A program made the translations under genes and the position numbers. A stretch of 63,996 bases of DNA, filler included, from Sphacelaria rigidula (lineage: Eukaryota), in NCBI GenBank assembly GCA_964200075.2. It is 4 parts of 4 records of this genome, joined end to end, with 100 filler letters (N's around TTAATTAATTAA, not from the genome) between each part and the next. Parts side by side here need not be neighbours in the genome. Positions count along the whole stretch, not along the records: positions 48,176 to 63,996 come from CAXNAA020001580.1; 3 more parts are not named here. One strand, given 5' to 3'. Below, in pieces: positions 48,176-61,300 of this stretch; the first letter of the stretch is position 1; every line of letters starts with the position of its first letter. The notes beneath the pieces were generated by a model that did not search any database, was not told the origin of the DNA, and saw nothing but the letters and a program-made list of their open reading frames with translations.

Positions 48176-49118
48176 CTTCTTAGACTCCGCCACGTCTTCA
48201 TTTTGGGGGTGGTGGTGGGAAACGTGACACTAACCCCCGGCGAAACACTGTACCACACAGGTGCATGTATCCTCAAAAATCCAAGTTGATGTTGCTGATG
48301 AGTAAATGACGCCCACTTTTTCGAGCTTTTCTTCTGCAAATCCTCTACTTCGAGCAATCGCGCTCAGCTCGAACACGCATATCGACTCAATCTGATTGTA
48401 CACGAGTCTTGGTCTGAAGCACCGCACGCGTCATGACTAAGATATATATATACATGGCGCTGCTTGCGCGTCGCCCCAAGGCCGAAAACATGTCGAATAG
48501 GAGAGTCGTGAAGCTACACAGAAGATAGTACAATACGAGGTAGGGTACAGGTCAGTAGTGAGTACAGCACAGCTCAACCCGACTCACCTAGAGCAAGGCC
48601 TGAGAGAATAGCCAACGCCGTCAAGCCCAAGTAGAAACAGAACCGACGAAATCGGCGGATTTTGCACAACCCAAGGTGGTGGCAATGCCTGGTCGACATT
48701 ACTCCCCCGTCCACTTCGCTTTTTTCGCAGATGGATGAGTGACGTCTGGCCTTGAGGTATGGTTAGATTATGACAGAAGGGTCTAAACTATGTGGTATGG
48801 ATAACGCCAAGTGTTCAACGTTACGCTTCTACAAAAAATCATAAACATAATAGACTTTTGTATATACAGTTTATTGATTTTATGTCTTATATTTATGACT
48901 ATTACTGAAATCGTCAACGGTCGCTACTCCAAGCTCGTGTCGGCCGTCTGCGCCCCGAAAACTTCGGAGCTTTGAACAAAGACGTTGCACCGGATCAATT
49001 GTGGAAGAAAGCCCAAAGGGGGCACACTTGCCCATCCCCATTATTTGCCGCTGCGCTAGATCCCAACTAACGGTGGTACGGGCGGTGTTTGCAACAGCGA
49101 AAGGATCAATTATCTACG

Positions 49119-49338
49119 ATGACCTCCAGCAACAACACTTTGTTGCAGGCGTCGCGCAATGGCAAGCTGGAGATCGAAGGAGCAACGGATGACCAGGCAA
49201 GGCAGTGCGCCCGCATCCTGAGAGATGCGCAAAGACATGACGGCTCCACCACCACTACCAGTACTATTAAGTCGATCGAGCTGCGGCGGGGAAGTATAAC
49301 AAGCGTTGGTGCTGGCTTCCTTGCAAAGGCCTTGAAAG
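49119..49338 (+). CDS. LRR protein exon 1
   Basis: MTSSNNTLL...IKSIELRRGSITSVGAGFLAKALK; donor G|GTGCGT. Confidence 0.75.
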
Positions 49339-52300
49339 GTGCGTTTAGCCACAAGATATCCCACATCTCAAATGGCGTGCGGACAGTATACACGTCGCAG
49401 GATTGAAATCAAGTTGTACCCCCTGGAGGGCAGGCGGGCTTTGGGGGGGAGGGGGGGCAGGGAGAAGGGGATGCACATATCGGAGACTGCAATTATTTGG
49501 GTGCTCGTAGTTACTGCTGTGACTAAGTCCAGATATGTTATATCCACCCTCGAGAGTGTTCGGTGCCGCGAGCACGTCAACCCTCTCATTGATCTTACAT
49601 GCCGTTTGGTGCTGACTGCGCCATACTACGAGTATAATAGCAGTAACGGCCTCGCGAGGAGATCACGTTAGAAAATCTTCCGAGATCGCGAAGAAATGAA
49701 GTTGAGGTGTCTTGCACAAAACCGCGAGTAAAACGCTCTCAGCGTGATCTTGTCTGCCGTCTAACATTGCATGTGCATGCAATGTACTGTGGTTACTGCG
49801 CTGCCTCTTGTGCTGCTACAGTACATATTTTACAACCAGCGGGGCCCGAACTCAACACAAGGCACGAACACTACAGAGCAGCCAGTAACAGAGTACAGTG
49901 CAGTAGTTGTAGTTTAGCGTGTACCAGGTACACCGCATGGTACATGCACACTACACAGCATTTAACGACCATGACGTCGCCTACACAAACCATTCAGGGG
50001 TCTATCTCCTACAGTATAATAATACTTGTATCATGGATACGAATAGACGAGAATCTGAGCTGCGTTGGCCTCACGTATTATTCGCGAGAAACAAGCGATG
50101 CTCCCCTTGAGAACAATCCGTGCGCTCTTCTCTCCCTTTGTTCGCTCAACGACGCGCGTTTCATGATCTACATGTTCGGGGATGCAAAACATGAGCCCCA
50201 CCACAAGACTGGAAATAATGAGCCCATTTTCGTTGACACTGGATCTTGCGCAGAAATCGAATTGTATTTCGATTTCTCTCCAAGTTCCCAGTATGCCGCA
50301 GTTGGTACTCGGAACTTGTCCGGATATTCCTGTTTGGGTTATCTCAGCCTCTAGTGTACCATGCACAACATGGACCACGAGTCCCCCGCCCCCGCCCCCG
50401 CCCCCGCCTCTTGCAGCACTACAGTACATGCACCATTTGTTCAAACTTCACTGCGATGTCATTCATGAAATAAGTACTCCGTGCTGCGCTGTTGGAACAG
50501 GAAACTCAACCCTGAGGCACCTCGGCCTGCAGGGCAACGATGAGATTGGAGACGCGGGAGCAAAGGCCATAGGCATGGCCACGGAAGTGAATTATCAGAG
50601 CTGCGTGCTGACGTATCTCGACCTCTCTTCCACGGGATTGACGCTCATGGGGATGAGGGATCTGGTGCAAGGGGTCGCTAAGCTGCAGAACTTGCACACG
50701 CTTTGCGTGAACGATAACAATCTTGCTCAAGAAGGTGGGTTATTTATATCTTTATTGCTATGTATGAATCCCAAATGGTGATGATAGTGAGAGCTCTGAC
50801 CCATGATATCTCCGAATCTTGATCTGTTATTAATCCGCTTGAGAGATTATTTTCAGGGACGTAAATGCACCAAGGGCGCCGATTGTTACCTGTAGATTAT
50901 CGGACCTACGGTTGAGGTGACGACCCGTAGATTAGATCTTCGTATTGTCCTGCATAGATTATCATATTTCAATGACGCGTGGTTTGTGTGCCGTCATTTC
51001 TCAGCATTTAAAAGGCTTCTGTAACACTCCGCACCGGTCGGCATTCAACGCACGGATCGGATAAAACACTTCGATTGCAAACTGGAGAATAATCCCGGCA
51101 ACCTCCCCTTTTTAACCCCCCCGGGGAGCAAATCCTCTTTCCGGAACACTCTTACCCTCGGATCTTCATCGCCGATAAGTCCGACACTTTGACACAGCCC
51201 CTCCACTCTGAGTGCGAGGACAATCTCCATATGGTGTCCTACAGTTGTCCCCGTGGTTCCCAACCACGGACTTGCGCATGTTGTTTCAGCCAAGCAGTTG
51301 TTTTCCACATAGTTCCAGTCGTCCAGCTATCATAGATGCATCTCATATGGTTGGAGTGTGCTAGGATATTGAGCGGCTGGGAGGAAGGGGGGGGGGGGGG
51401 GGGTGGTGAAGATGCAAGACATAGTCGTGAGGANNNNNNNNNNCTGGATTTTCGCCGGACCAGGCTCGCACTCTAACCACCAAGCGCGAAGCGCCGTGGT
51501 GATCTCAGCGAGTCGCATGAAGGGTGAGCTGCATCCTGCTAAGATTGTTCGGCCCGAAGCCTACTGATTGTCATTTGGATGACAGCCTCCACTGAGTTGC
51601 TTCATTTTCTGGTATCGCCACTTCCAGAGACAGCCACGGCTTATATTTTCTGGTTCTCACCTATCGTTCGTCATCGTATCAGGAAAGAGCTCGTGACATC
51701 GCATATCATGGGAAATGAAACGGTCCCGAGGGAGGGATGTTGATGTCATCTAGAACTCCACCAAAAGAAATACCCGACCCCCCTGAAGCGGTGGATCAGG
51801 TCGATGAGGCTTCTCGCTTGTCACTATCATGGAACGCCCATGCTTCGTATTTGCGCTGAACATTCGGAACTTCGGAACCTCCGATGCATCTGGGATTGTA
51901 CCAAACTGTCATGGGGGTGAATGAGGGCCGTAACGACCAAAAAATCCCATCTAGGAAAGAAAAGGGAAAACGCGGAGGAATCACGAACAATGGACACGTC
52001 ATCAATTGTTCCAAGCTGTTTGGAGTACAGGCTGGTTCACGCTCATCACCTAAAATTGTGTCATCAGCAAATGCCTTTCGCACTACCTACCCAAAAGTCG
52101 CATGCATGATATCATACTGACCGCCATGAACAGCTGAAAAGCGTGACATAGCCGAAATTGTGTTCAAGGTCATAGTAGTAGCGCTAAGGGCGGAAAGGTA
52201 CCTAGACCAATCAGCGCTCGTCAAATTGCTCCGAGATCGAAATTACGACTTCTAAGCCCAATTTTCACCCAATCTTCACATGCTTCAAATCGTAGTAACC

Positions 52301-55300
52301 ACCATTAGCTCGGGAATCAAACGAAAGAAACATGTCTGAAAACGGTTACTTCGGGGATCGAAATGATACCCGAAACCGTGATGTTTCGGCGATGCGGGGT
52401 TTGGCGTCGACTGATTTGCACTGATGATGGGCACGAAAAACACAGGGAGCCTTTTGACGGTTTCCCTTATATCTGTTGTAGAAGAGCTCAGATCGCCCTC
52501 AAACTCGGCAGTTTCGTTGATATTGATGCTCCAAATGGAATAGTTGTATTCGTGACAATAATCCGAAGTTTCTCCGTTCTCTACCGACTTCTGGGGGTCC
52601 CAGTATGAAGATCCCCGGAAGCCGGTACAGAATGCCCCAAAGGAAAAATAATGAAATTATGCGTCCCGGGATAGTCCTAGGAACACATGTACACAGTTTG
52701 ATCGAGAAACTCGAAAACTATATACAGTTTTTCTTGCCTTGACGTAAAATTCACCCCAAAAAGACGTTTTCATTTTAAAACCGAATAGTCAAGAGTTTGG
52801 ACGTTTCAAGCTCACGTCCTCGCACAAACGCGCAGAACTTTACGCCGTTATTAGGAGACCCTGAAACTTTGCACGAATGTGTTATGGGTCATTATGCAAC
52901 TTTCGATGGACGAGGGTTTCATTTCTTCTTGATTTTTTTACCGTTTTTCGGAGATCCGTCGGGTTCCAAGTCGTTTTTTCGACGTAGTCTCCATTCTGGG
53001 ACCCCAGCAAACCGGCACTCGGTGTGTTGTTTGTTTGAAAATATACGCGGGTTTGGATTATGCGATATTCTCATGTCGCACGGACTGTTAATTTGCCAAA
53101 CCCACGACATAGTGGTTGTGCTCGAAAAGGTGAAGTCTGCATCAGATTGGATTACAGTTGTCTTGAACTAAATTAGGCGATTTTTTTCATTGCGTGTTTT
53201 TTAATGTTGTTGCTTATCATTTTCCCTTGACACTCGAAATTGCAAGAGTCGATAGATATTGGGAAAACGAACAGGTCGTGCTCCGGACACAATGCCCAAG
53301 TTGATGTTGACGGGGTAGTACGGAGAAAGGCCTCGTTTATCAGGAGGGTGTCCGTGCCACCATTGGTCCGAAAGACAGTTCTTGGCTCAAGCGCGATGAA
53401 TAGTTGAAATTTCAGAAGAAAAAAAAATGTTACTTGTTCGCGAGAATAATAGGGATTGTTTCAATCGAGCAAAATTACCAAAGAGTCAGAACCTGGGGCT
53501 GTAGACACGCAGGACCCCCGAGAACCAGTCACCCCGCACGTCGTCCACTATTTGGTGCACAAAATGTCGCCTTCCCGGAATTTGAAGCGGATGCTACAAT
53601 AGTATCTCCCGAACACCAATCTTTGAGACCAAACGTTCACTATGATGAGCGGTGGCACGCGAAAAATCGTCTAAAATACCCAATTACAAAATCCGCCTAA
53701 TACAGGTGTTTGCAGACTACTAGACGTCTTCTTTCTGCCCATGCGGGTTGAAGGTCATAGTATGAAAATCAATGGCCAAAGAGTGGTGTCTCCAAATGCA
53801 ATACATGTACAACGTGTCCAAGAGTGGCCCAACCACTTAGACCAGGGACCCTTGTTGGGCAATGCCACACCGAATTTCTATCCTCCAGAAAACAATGTGG
53901 TTCGATACACTCGAGCTTGGGGCAGGCACAAACATGCTTGGCTGACATGAAGTTGGTCCATCGTACGTTTGTTATTCTCCGCGCAATGCCACGTATTTTC
54001 CTTCGTTTGAACTCGCAGCTGGGCACCAGCTGTCCACACTGTTCAGGACCAGCGCATCGCTCCACACACTGCAAGCCGCGGGCAACTATCTGGGGGACCG
54101 GGGGCTCGCCGCGCTGTGCGGAGCGTGGTGCCACATCCGGCCTGTGAGGACCGTCAGTCTGGACATAAGCTCGAATGGTACGGGTACACTCCCTCATCTT
54201 GTGTTGGTTGTCGTCACCACACATTTGTGGTATATTCCCTTCCGTATGTCATATTTTCTCATATAGTACCTCACCTTCAAAGTGGCACGGGGTGTTTTGG
54301 GTTTTTTCTCGTGTACTGCTCTTCGATAGAACCCGAAAGTGCTAGCGTCGGTAGATTTTGGCACAATGATTAGATTGTCCTCGAAACACAGTGCTCAAGT
54401 TAGTGTCAGTTGGTGTTGTCCGCCGATATGAGTAGATACCCCGTTCATCAGGAGGGTGTCATTGACCGTGAAACACAGTTTTTCGGCTCTAGTTCGATGA
54501 GAAGGTATTTTTGTTTCTAGCCTTCAATTTCTTTACAAATACGATCGAGACAGGCTCGATCGACCGAAAATATTGAGGAGTCAGAATATGGGCTGAAAAT
54601 TGGCGGGACCCCCGATGGCCGGTCAGCCCGTAAGGCACTCAATATCGAATACAGGTCATTTTTTTCCTTGGAATGTGGAGCAGATACTAGCATTTTCAGA
54701 TCTCCAATGTGATGACCGGTAGCAAACGAAAGAACCTAAGCGATCACCGAGTACGAACAAATAACCAAATATCCTACTTGAAACATCAGCTACTGAAGAT
54801 CACGAGGTGAACCCGTCACTCCCAAAGGTTCGGCAGAGTTCTACTGATAGCAGTCGAGCAAGCAAGCGCTGTCCCGTTGTGCTGTTCCTGTACTATTCCC
54901 TCCCGCGGCCGTCGCGCACTCGAAAACAAAATAACCCATGACTGACCCGAAAACAATACCCGGATTTGACCTATCCTCCCCCCCGCCTGCAAATCTTCGC
55001 GCAGGAGTCGGAGACCTTGGAATGCAGTGGCTCACAAAAGGTATCTCAGCGCTTTGCCGACAGAAAGAGTCCGGTACGTTATCATCCTCATCGACCTCGC
55101 GTCCGTCCGCCGGTATCCGAGATCTCCGACTCCGGGGGAACAACATAACCCACGCGGGGGCGAAGGAACTAGCCAAGCTGCTGTCGGAAGACAGGTGCGC
55201 GCGCGAACTACGGGAGCTCGACTTATCGCTCAACACCATCACCAATGAAGGCTTCGATCCTCTCGCCTCTTCCCTGAAAGGCTGCCGCAGTTTGGTCCGT

Positions 55301-58300
55301 CTAAACGTGGCGGGCTGCCGTCTGGGGCCAAGTGGAGTCAAGACCGTCGCAAAACTCCTGAGCGATTCGCCGCCCCGCCTGTCAAAGATCGACGTCACTC
55401 CCAAGACTGAGTTCGCCGATCGCGTTCTGAGCGACCGAGGAGGGCTGGCCGTCGCGATGTGCGAGGCCCTCCAGTTGGTTGCGGACGCGCTGCCATTCGC
55501 CAGCACCGTGGTTGAACTGGCCCTCGGTGTTTACTCCCGAGCAGACCACGTCGCTGCCGACGCCATCGAGAGAACGCTGTCGGAGCACAAGAAGCTGATG
55601 GAAGGAGGGACTGGCGACGATGGCGGAGGAGAGGCGACGGCATTTGGCGGGGCTGAATGTGCAGGAGCGGCGATGATGAACAAGGGAGGCGGGCGGACGG
55701 ACGTTGTCGGCAGCAAAGAGAAATCTTTACGAGGTGGATCGAGGTCTGGCTCTTCTGTTTCAGGGACCGGTAGGAGGGCTCACCTCGAGTCCGGGGCAAC
55801 TTCAAGCAGGCGCGGTGGCGACACTCCGCCGCCGACGCAGCGCAGTGCGCCTGTACGCTCGCGGGAGAGACTGGGGACCACTAGATCGTCCGGTATCGAG
55901 CGGCCGAAGGCGGGTCTGGAGCGTACGAGGTCAGGCCTCGAGCGGACCAAGGCGGGCGCGGCGGAGCGGACGCGCAGGACTCCCGGCGGTGGCGTCGGTC
56001 AAGGTTCGGACTCCTGCTTGTCCGCTGCGGGTGTAAGCGCCACGCCGCCGCCAGGACCCCGCTCAATGTCGCGCACTTCCAGCAAGGGGTCCGTGAAGAG
56101 TTCGTCCAGTGTCGGGCGCTCGCAGAAGAGTGCCGTGGGCTCGACACCGGCAACGCTCACCGCCCGAGATAGAGCGGCGCCGGCCGTGTCAGCAGCGGCG
56201 GCAGCGGCCGAGTTGCCGTCCGCCCCGCACCACAGGCGCATGCATCAGGGCGAGGAGTTGGACTCCATAGATGGGTTTTCGCCGATTCCTACTGCGTTGG
56301 CGTCGCATCGGACGACGCCGTCGGCGGCGACGTCTTCTAGGCGACACCCGACGTCCGGCAGCGGTGGCAACGGTAGCCGTGGGACAGGGTCAAAACGAAC
56401 GCCGATCCCCTCCCCGCCGCCGTCGTCTAAAAACTCAGCAAGAGCAGCCACGCCGACCGCTAAACAGAGCGATGTGTCTATATCTTCCTCATCCAGGGTG
56501 TTGGCGGGCACAGGGTCGGCGGGCCGGGGTTTGTCTACCGTCGCGAATGTCGTGTCAGAGGTCATGGGGGACACTGCCGCCATGGATGACTACCCAGAGT
56601 CGCCCCCACCCGTTGCGCCATCGACTTGGCAGGACGACAGTAGGGATGTCGTGGATCCTGACACCCCGTTGCAGCAGCAACAGCACCAACGTCTCGTCAC
56701 CAGTTCGCCGTCTTATTCGCCGTCGGTATCGGCCGCGGTTGAGGCTTCACCTCCTCCACCCGGCCCGTCGATACCTCTGCCGGCTCATCACGTCGGTGAC
56801 GGAAGCTCGGGAGACAGGCTCTCTAGGAAATTGTTGCGAAAAACGTCCTCGAGCAGCAGCATCAAAGAAAACGGTAAGAGATATGTCGGGTCATGTATCA
56901 CGACAGAATGTAAAAAAATGAACAACACCCCGATGTATCGTGTGAGTCTTATCGGGAGGGAGGGAGGGGGAGGACTGTCAATTCACGTGATGAAGTTGCT
57001 AGAGGTGGTCATGTATCCAGAACTGAAGCTGGCTCGTGTGTTGAGGCGATGCCACTGAACTCGGAGCAGGGTGTACACGGCTTCTGAGGGGTTGGTAAAA
57101 GTTGACCGCAGGTCCCGAGAATGGAAGTGATATAGCGAAGAAGATGAAAGCGGTCACGTCCAGGTAAGTCCCAAGCACTCCCGGGACGGTACATGTATAG
57201 CTCTGGTAGCATCATGAACTACCTCAATACAGCCGTCTGGCTGGCTGAAATAGGCAGATACATGACCATCCCCGCGAAACCAGGAGGTGTTCCTGAAATT
57301 GCCTACTTTTCCCCACACCTGTGCCTGATGCTCGAGGAGTACCTGGAAGTGGCGAGCGACAAGTGGCGTTATTTCGCTCGACAAATATGACGACGAACTC
57401 CGCAAATGCTTGGGGGTCATTCGCTTCACCTTTTTTCGGCACACGCGTCGTTTCCTACGAATTCAAGTGTATGTTTGTGCAGTGATGTGTAAACCACGTC
57501 GACAGCAATTGAACACACACACGTTCACACTTACACACGCATACACACATTACACCCCCAGTGCGGTTGCGCATGACAATCCGATTCTTGATTCGATTCC
57601 TAATAAAGCCACGACCTGTGCCATGCATGTTGCAAGATTCATCACCGATCCTCAAAAGCTTAAATGAACTTATGCGAGGTCCTCCGCTCAGAGCTCGGGA
57701 GTGCCATATTTGTGTTTTTCTGCTTTCCACTCCCGGTCAAATTGGACATATGAAATAAGGCAGGGGTCAGAAGCAACTCTCGATCAGAAGCAACTCTTTA
57801 GTTTCCATAGGCACCGTAGCTAAGGCAGGTACCCGGTACCGGTATTTGAGACATGTCATACCCTACCGATACCGGTCCAATCGTGTATTTTCAAAACCCA
57901 TACCTACGATACCTACGATACCACGGTATTTCGAGATTTCGATACCTACCGTACCCGCTCAATCGGGTATTTTCAAACTCATATCTACGATACCCACGCA
58001 TACCACGGTATGGGATTATTATTATTATTATCGCTATATCCGTCACATTGGCTCGATCTCTCGAACCTGTGGTCACAGAATGCAAGGAGCATACCATCTA
58101 TACCCATAACCCAAACAGCCCCCAGAAGAAGGCAAGAAACAAAACATCTACACGAGAAGACGGCACCTACACTACGAAAGATTCGTATGAGACCGATTGA
58201 ACTACAGGAGACCTACTTGCACTGGAATCTAAGAAGTCCCCGCGTGTAACCTCTCCGACTACTTTTTACCCCGGTGAATACCGGGGGTATACACGGTAAA

Positions 58301-61300
58301 GACCGGATGTGATGCACTCTCCACAGTGCAGCAGCTGGTGCCAACTTACGCAAAGGCCAGAAGTTGTCGGAGCAGGTACCTCTTGCTTTCACAAGTAATA
58401 TATATACCCAGCTCAGCTGTAATATATATACGAAGCTTAACTGTCCGAGCGACTATGTGATCACTATATTAAGACTGTGAAGTGGACCAGCACATACTGC
58501 CGATTAAACTGAAACTGGAGTTAAACTAGATCTGGCGGCGAAGGCGCCAGTTGTCTAATTCAGTTGATGTTTGCCGTTACCAGCTGTATTTTTCCACCAG
58601 TTTTAGTATAGGGCAGTTCCACGTTATTCCAGGCCACGTGTCTGAGATATCCGAGTTGAACACATCAGGGAACTCAAGAAGAGCCCATAATTTAACAGTT
58701 GACCCATAATTTAAACAGCATTGGTGAGATCGGATTTAGCCGGGGGTGCATGGTGGCGCAGGGGACAAGAAATAGCCGTCCCTGGACGATGTTTTCTACC
58801 ACGAATTTGGGGGTGGTAGCCACCGCTTTGGTCTATACGGTGCGAATGGCACTATGTTTGCATGACATGAAAGTTTTGTCGGGATACTTCAAGTAAGGGA
58901 AACATGAAACAAAAACGAAAAGTTTCCTTATCCGGAGGTTTCATGTATGCATCCCCTTCCTAAATCAACTCTCACCCGGGTGGTCTCCACCATTTTGGCC
59001 TGTCACACACGAATGGCGACGCACCCAACCACACGAACACATCGATAGAACGCGTCAACGATAAAGCATTTATCTCCGCTCCCACTTCTCTCCATCCGAG
59101 GATGAAAATCGCTCTATCTCCTCCCCAGAGACGATGGGAGTTATACCTACCGTTCTCGCTACTTACGTGGACATTCACACACGAATAGCCACCCCCCCGA
59201 AGACGCGTGGGGCATCGTTAGGACGGATTCACCACATACTATACCTCCATGATCCCCTTTCCCTCCCATCACTTTTCCCGAGGATGTAACAAACGCATCC
59301 CGTCCGTGAACGATGTCAGCGAAAAGGGAGGGGTGTTATCCAACGCTTGAGTTATTTGCGGTCGGACAACAACAAATCTAAACTCTTGACCGGTGCCAAC
59401 AGAAAGCGTGCCATCTACCCTAAGCAGTGATGATGTATGCCATTTTCCTTTAATCCTAGGATTGCAGACACCACGGCGAGGAAGATTTTTGGAGGGAAAA
59501 CAAGCCATATACCGCATGTTTCTTGCCTCCGGCGACAGGCCCCCCTCACCAGCCGGGGAAGGGGGCGTCAAGGCTCGCCTTCGATTTATTTCCAGTTGAT
59601 CGGCCAGGCCGATTATTTGCAAAATGTCGATAAACTGGTCGCTGGCGCGACCAGTTTAAATTCAATTGACCAGAGCCGCCAGTTCACACCCGTAGTGATC
59701 ACGCTATTAACCCTTAGACGGCGGGGGTAGTCCATCTCGATCATGCAACCTTTTTTCAGGAGAAATTGACGCCGATTCCACAAATGACCTATTCTCACCC
59801 TCAAAGGGTTAATAATGTTATGTTTTGTGCAGTAGCGTTCGGTCTACTCGAGTACCAAAAACGACTCGGAAATGTCACAGCCGCTACATCCAACCTGCCC
59901 CCTTCATGAGTACACCCCTCCCCTGCTGGAACGCACCTCTTCATTCTTTGACTTCTCCACTGGTATACAGATGAGCCAGAGTTGGTGGAAGGAGCAGCGT
60001 CCCTCGCTCTTGCCGCAGACAAGCCCGAGTCCCGATCGCTCTCGCGCTCGGTATCTGGTGAAACTCGCGTTGTCTGCGCGCAAGAAACTGCCCTGGAGCC
60101 GAGGTTGGTTTGTCCCCGTGTGTATGGACGTTTGTTTGTACTGTTACTTTTGTTACGGTGCATGTTGGGTTACTCACGAGCATCATTTTACGTCGTTTTT
60201 TCTTTTTTAATCGCATTTTTTTTACCCCCTCTCCATCCTCGGGACGAATCCGTGGGCTCATGAGATCAATTGATTCCTCATCTCTCCCCGGTACATGCCT
60301 GAAAATTTGGTATCGTGGATTGGATCATGGCCATCAGCTCTCCCACATCGCGTTGACTCTCGTCAGGTCATGCTCAGTGAAAAATATAGATTTTCCATTT
60401 CTCACGTCTTCATGCTTTCAACAACGGAAATTGATACTTTGAAAGAAGAAAAACGTATCTCGCGGGAATCGAACCCGCGTCATTTCCACCCCAGTGTTGA
60501 TTGTACTATTTCAATTCAGACCACTGTGTACCATTTTAATTTAGACCACCGGGTCGCGGCTGCTGGTTGAAAGCATGTGACGTGTGTATGTATGTATGTA
60601 TGTATGTATGTATGTATGTATGTATGTATGTATGTATGTATGTATGTATGTATGTGAATTTGCGTGTGTACGCTTGTGCTCGTGTGTGCACGTGGCTCGT
60701 ATCAAGTGATGGGCAGTCGATATCCTGATACGCAATTTTTTTAAAGTTTCTTTTGCGTTCGGTGTTAGGGAGCCACACCTGTCCCCGTATCATCGGTACG
60801 ATTGTTTTTCTACGGCGCATTCGCCCGTTCTCACCCGCTTTTGTTTCGACCACCACGCCGTGTTTGTTCTTATTCCTGTATTTCGGTGGTCTGGTGATTG
60901 TATTCCGCGCCGTGATCTTCGTGCCCTTTCTGCAGCACCCCATCGGGGGCCGGCGCACAGCAAATGATAAGCTTGGCGCAAGCGGGGCAGCTGCTGGGAC
61001 CCATCGTTGCCAAGGAAGTGGCGAAGGAAACCAGACGGTTAGAGGTCAAGTTCCAGGTGAGATGCACATACCGTTGGTCAGGCGTTAACTTCTTGTCGTC
61101 ATCGTTCTCTTGTCGCCCTTATTTATCCATGAGCTTCTTCGAAGATATTCATAGAAGGTCTTGAAAAGTCTTGAGCGGTCGATTGTGGACGAATGGTGGT
61201 ATGTCATGGGATATACCGTGTGTATGTTATGACAAAAAAAAAATTTGTCGGGGATTTTTGTTCAAGGTGGAGGGAGACTTGATGCACAGTCGTCACAACA

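Noticed and set aside
48731..48756. 26-nt micro-exon upstream of the LRR gene (TTTTTCGCAG...GAG|GTATGG)
   Set aside because: Good splice signals, but stops in all three frames. At most a 5' UTR exon, which cannot be supported without RNA data.
54938..57058. Single-exon 706-aa gene
   Set aside because: Both ends run into introns. The splice sites at 55004 and 56874 join it in phase to upstream LRR exons and downstream exons.
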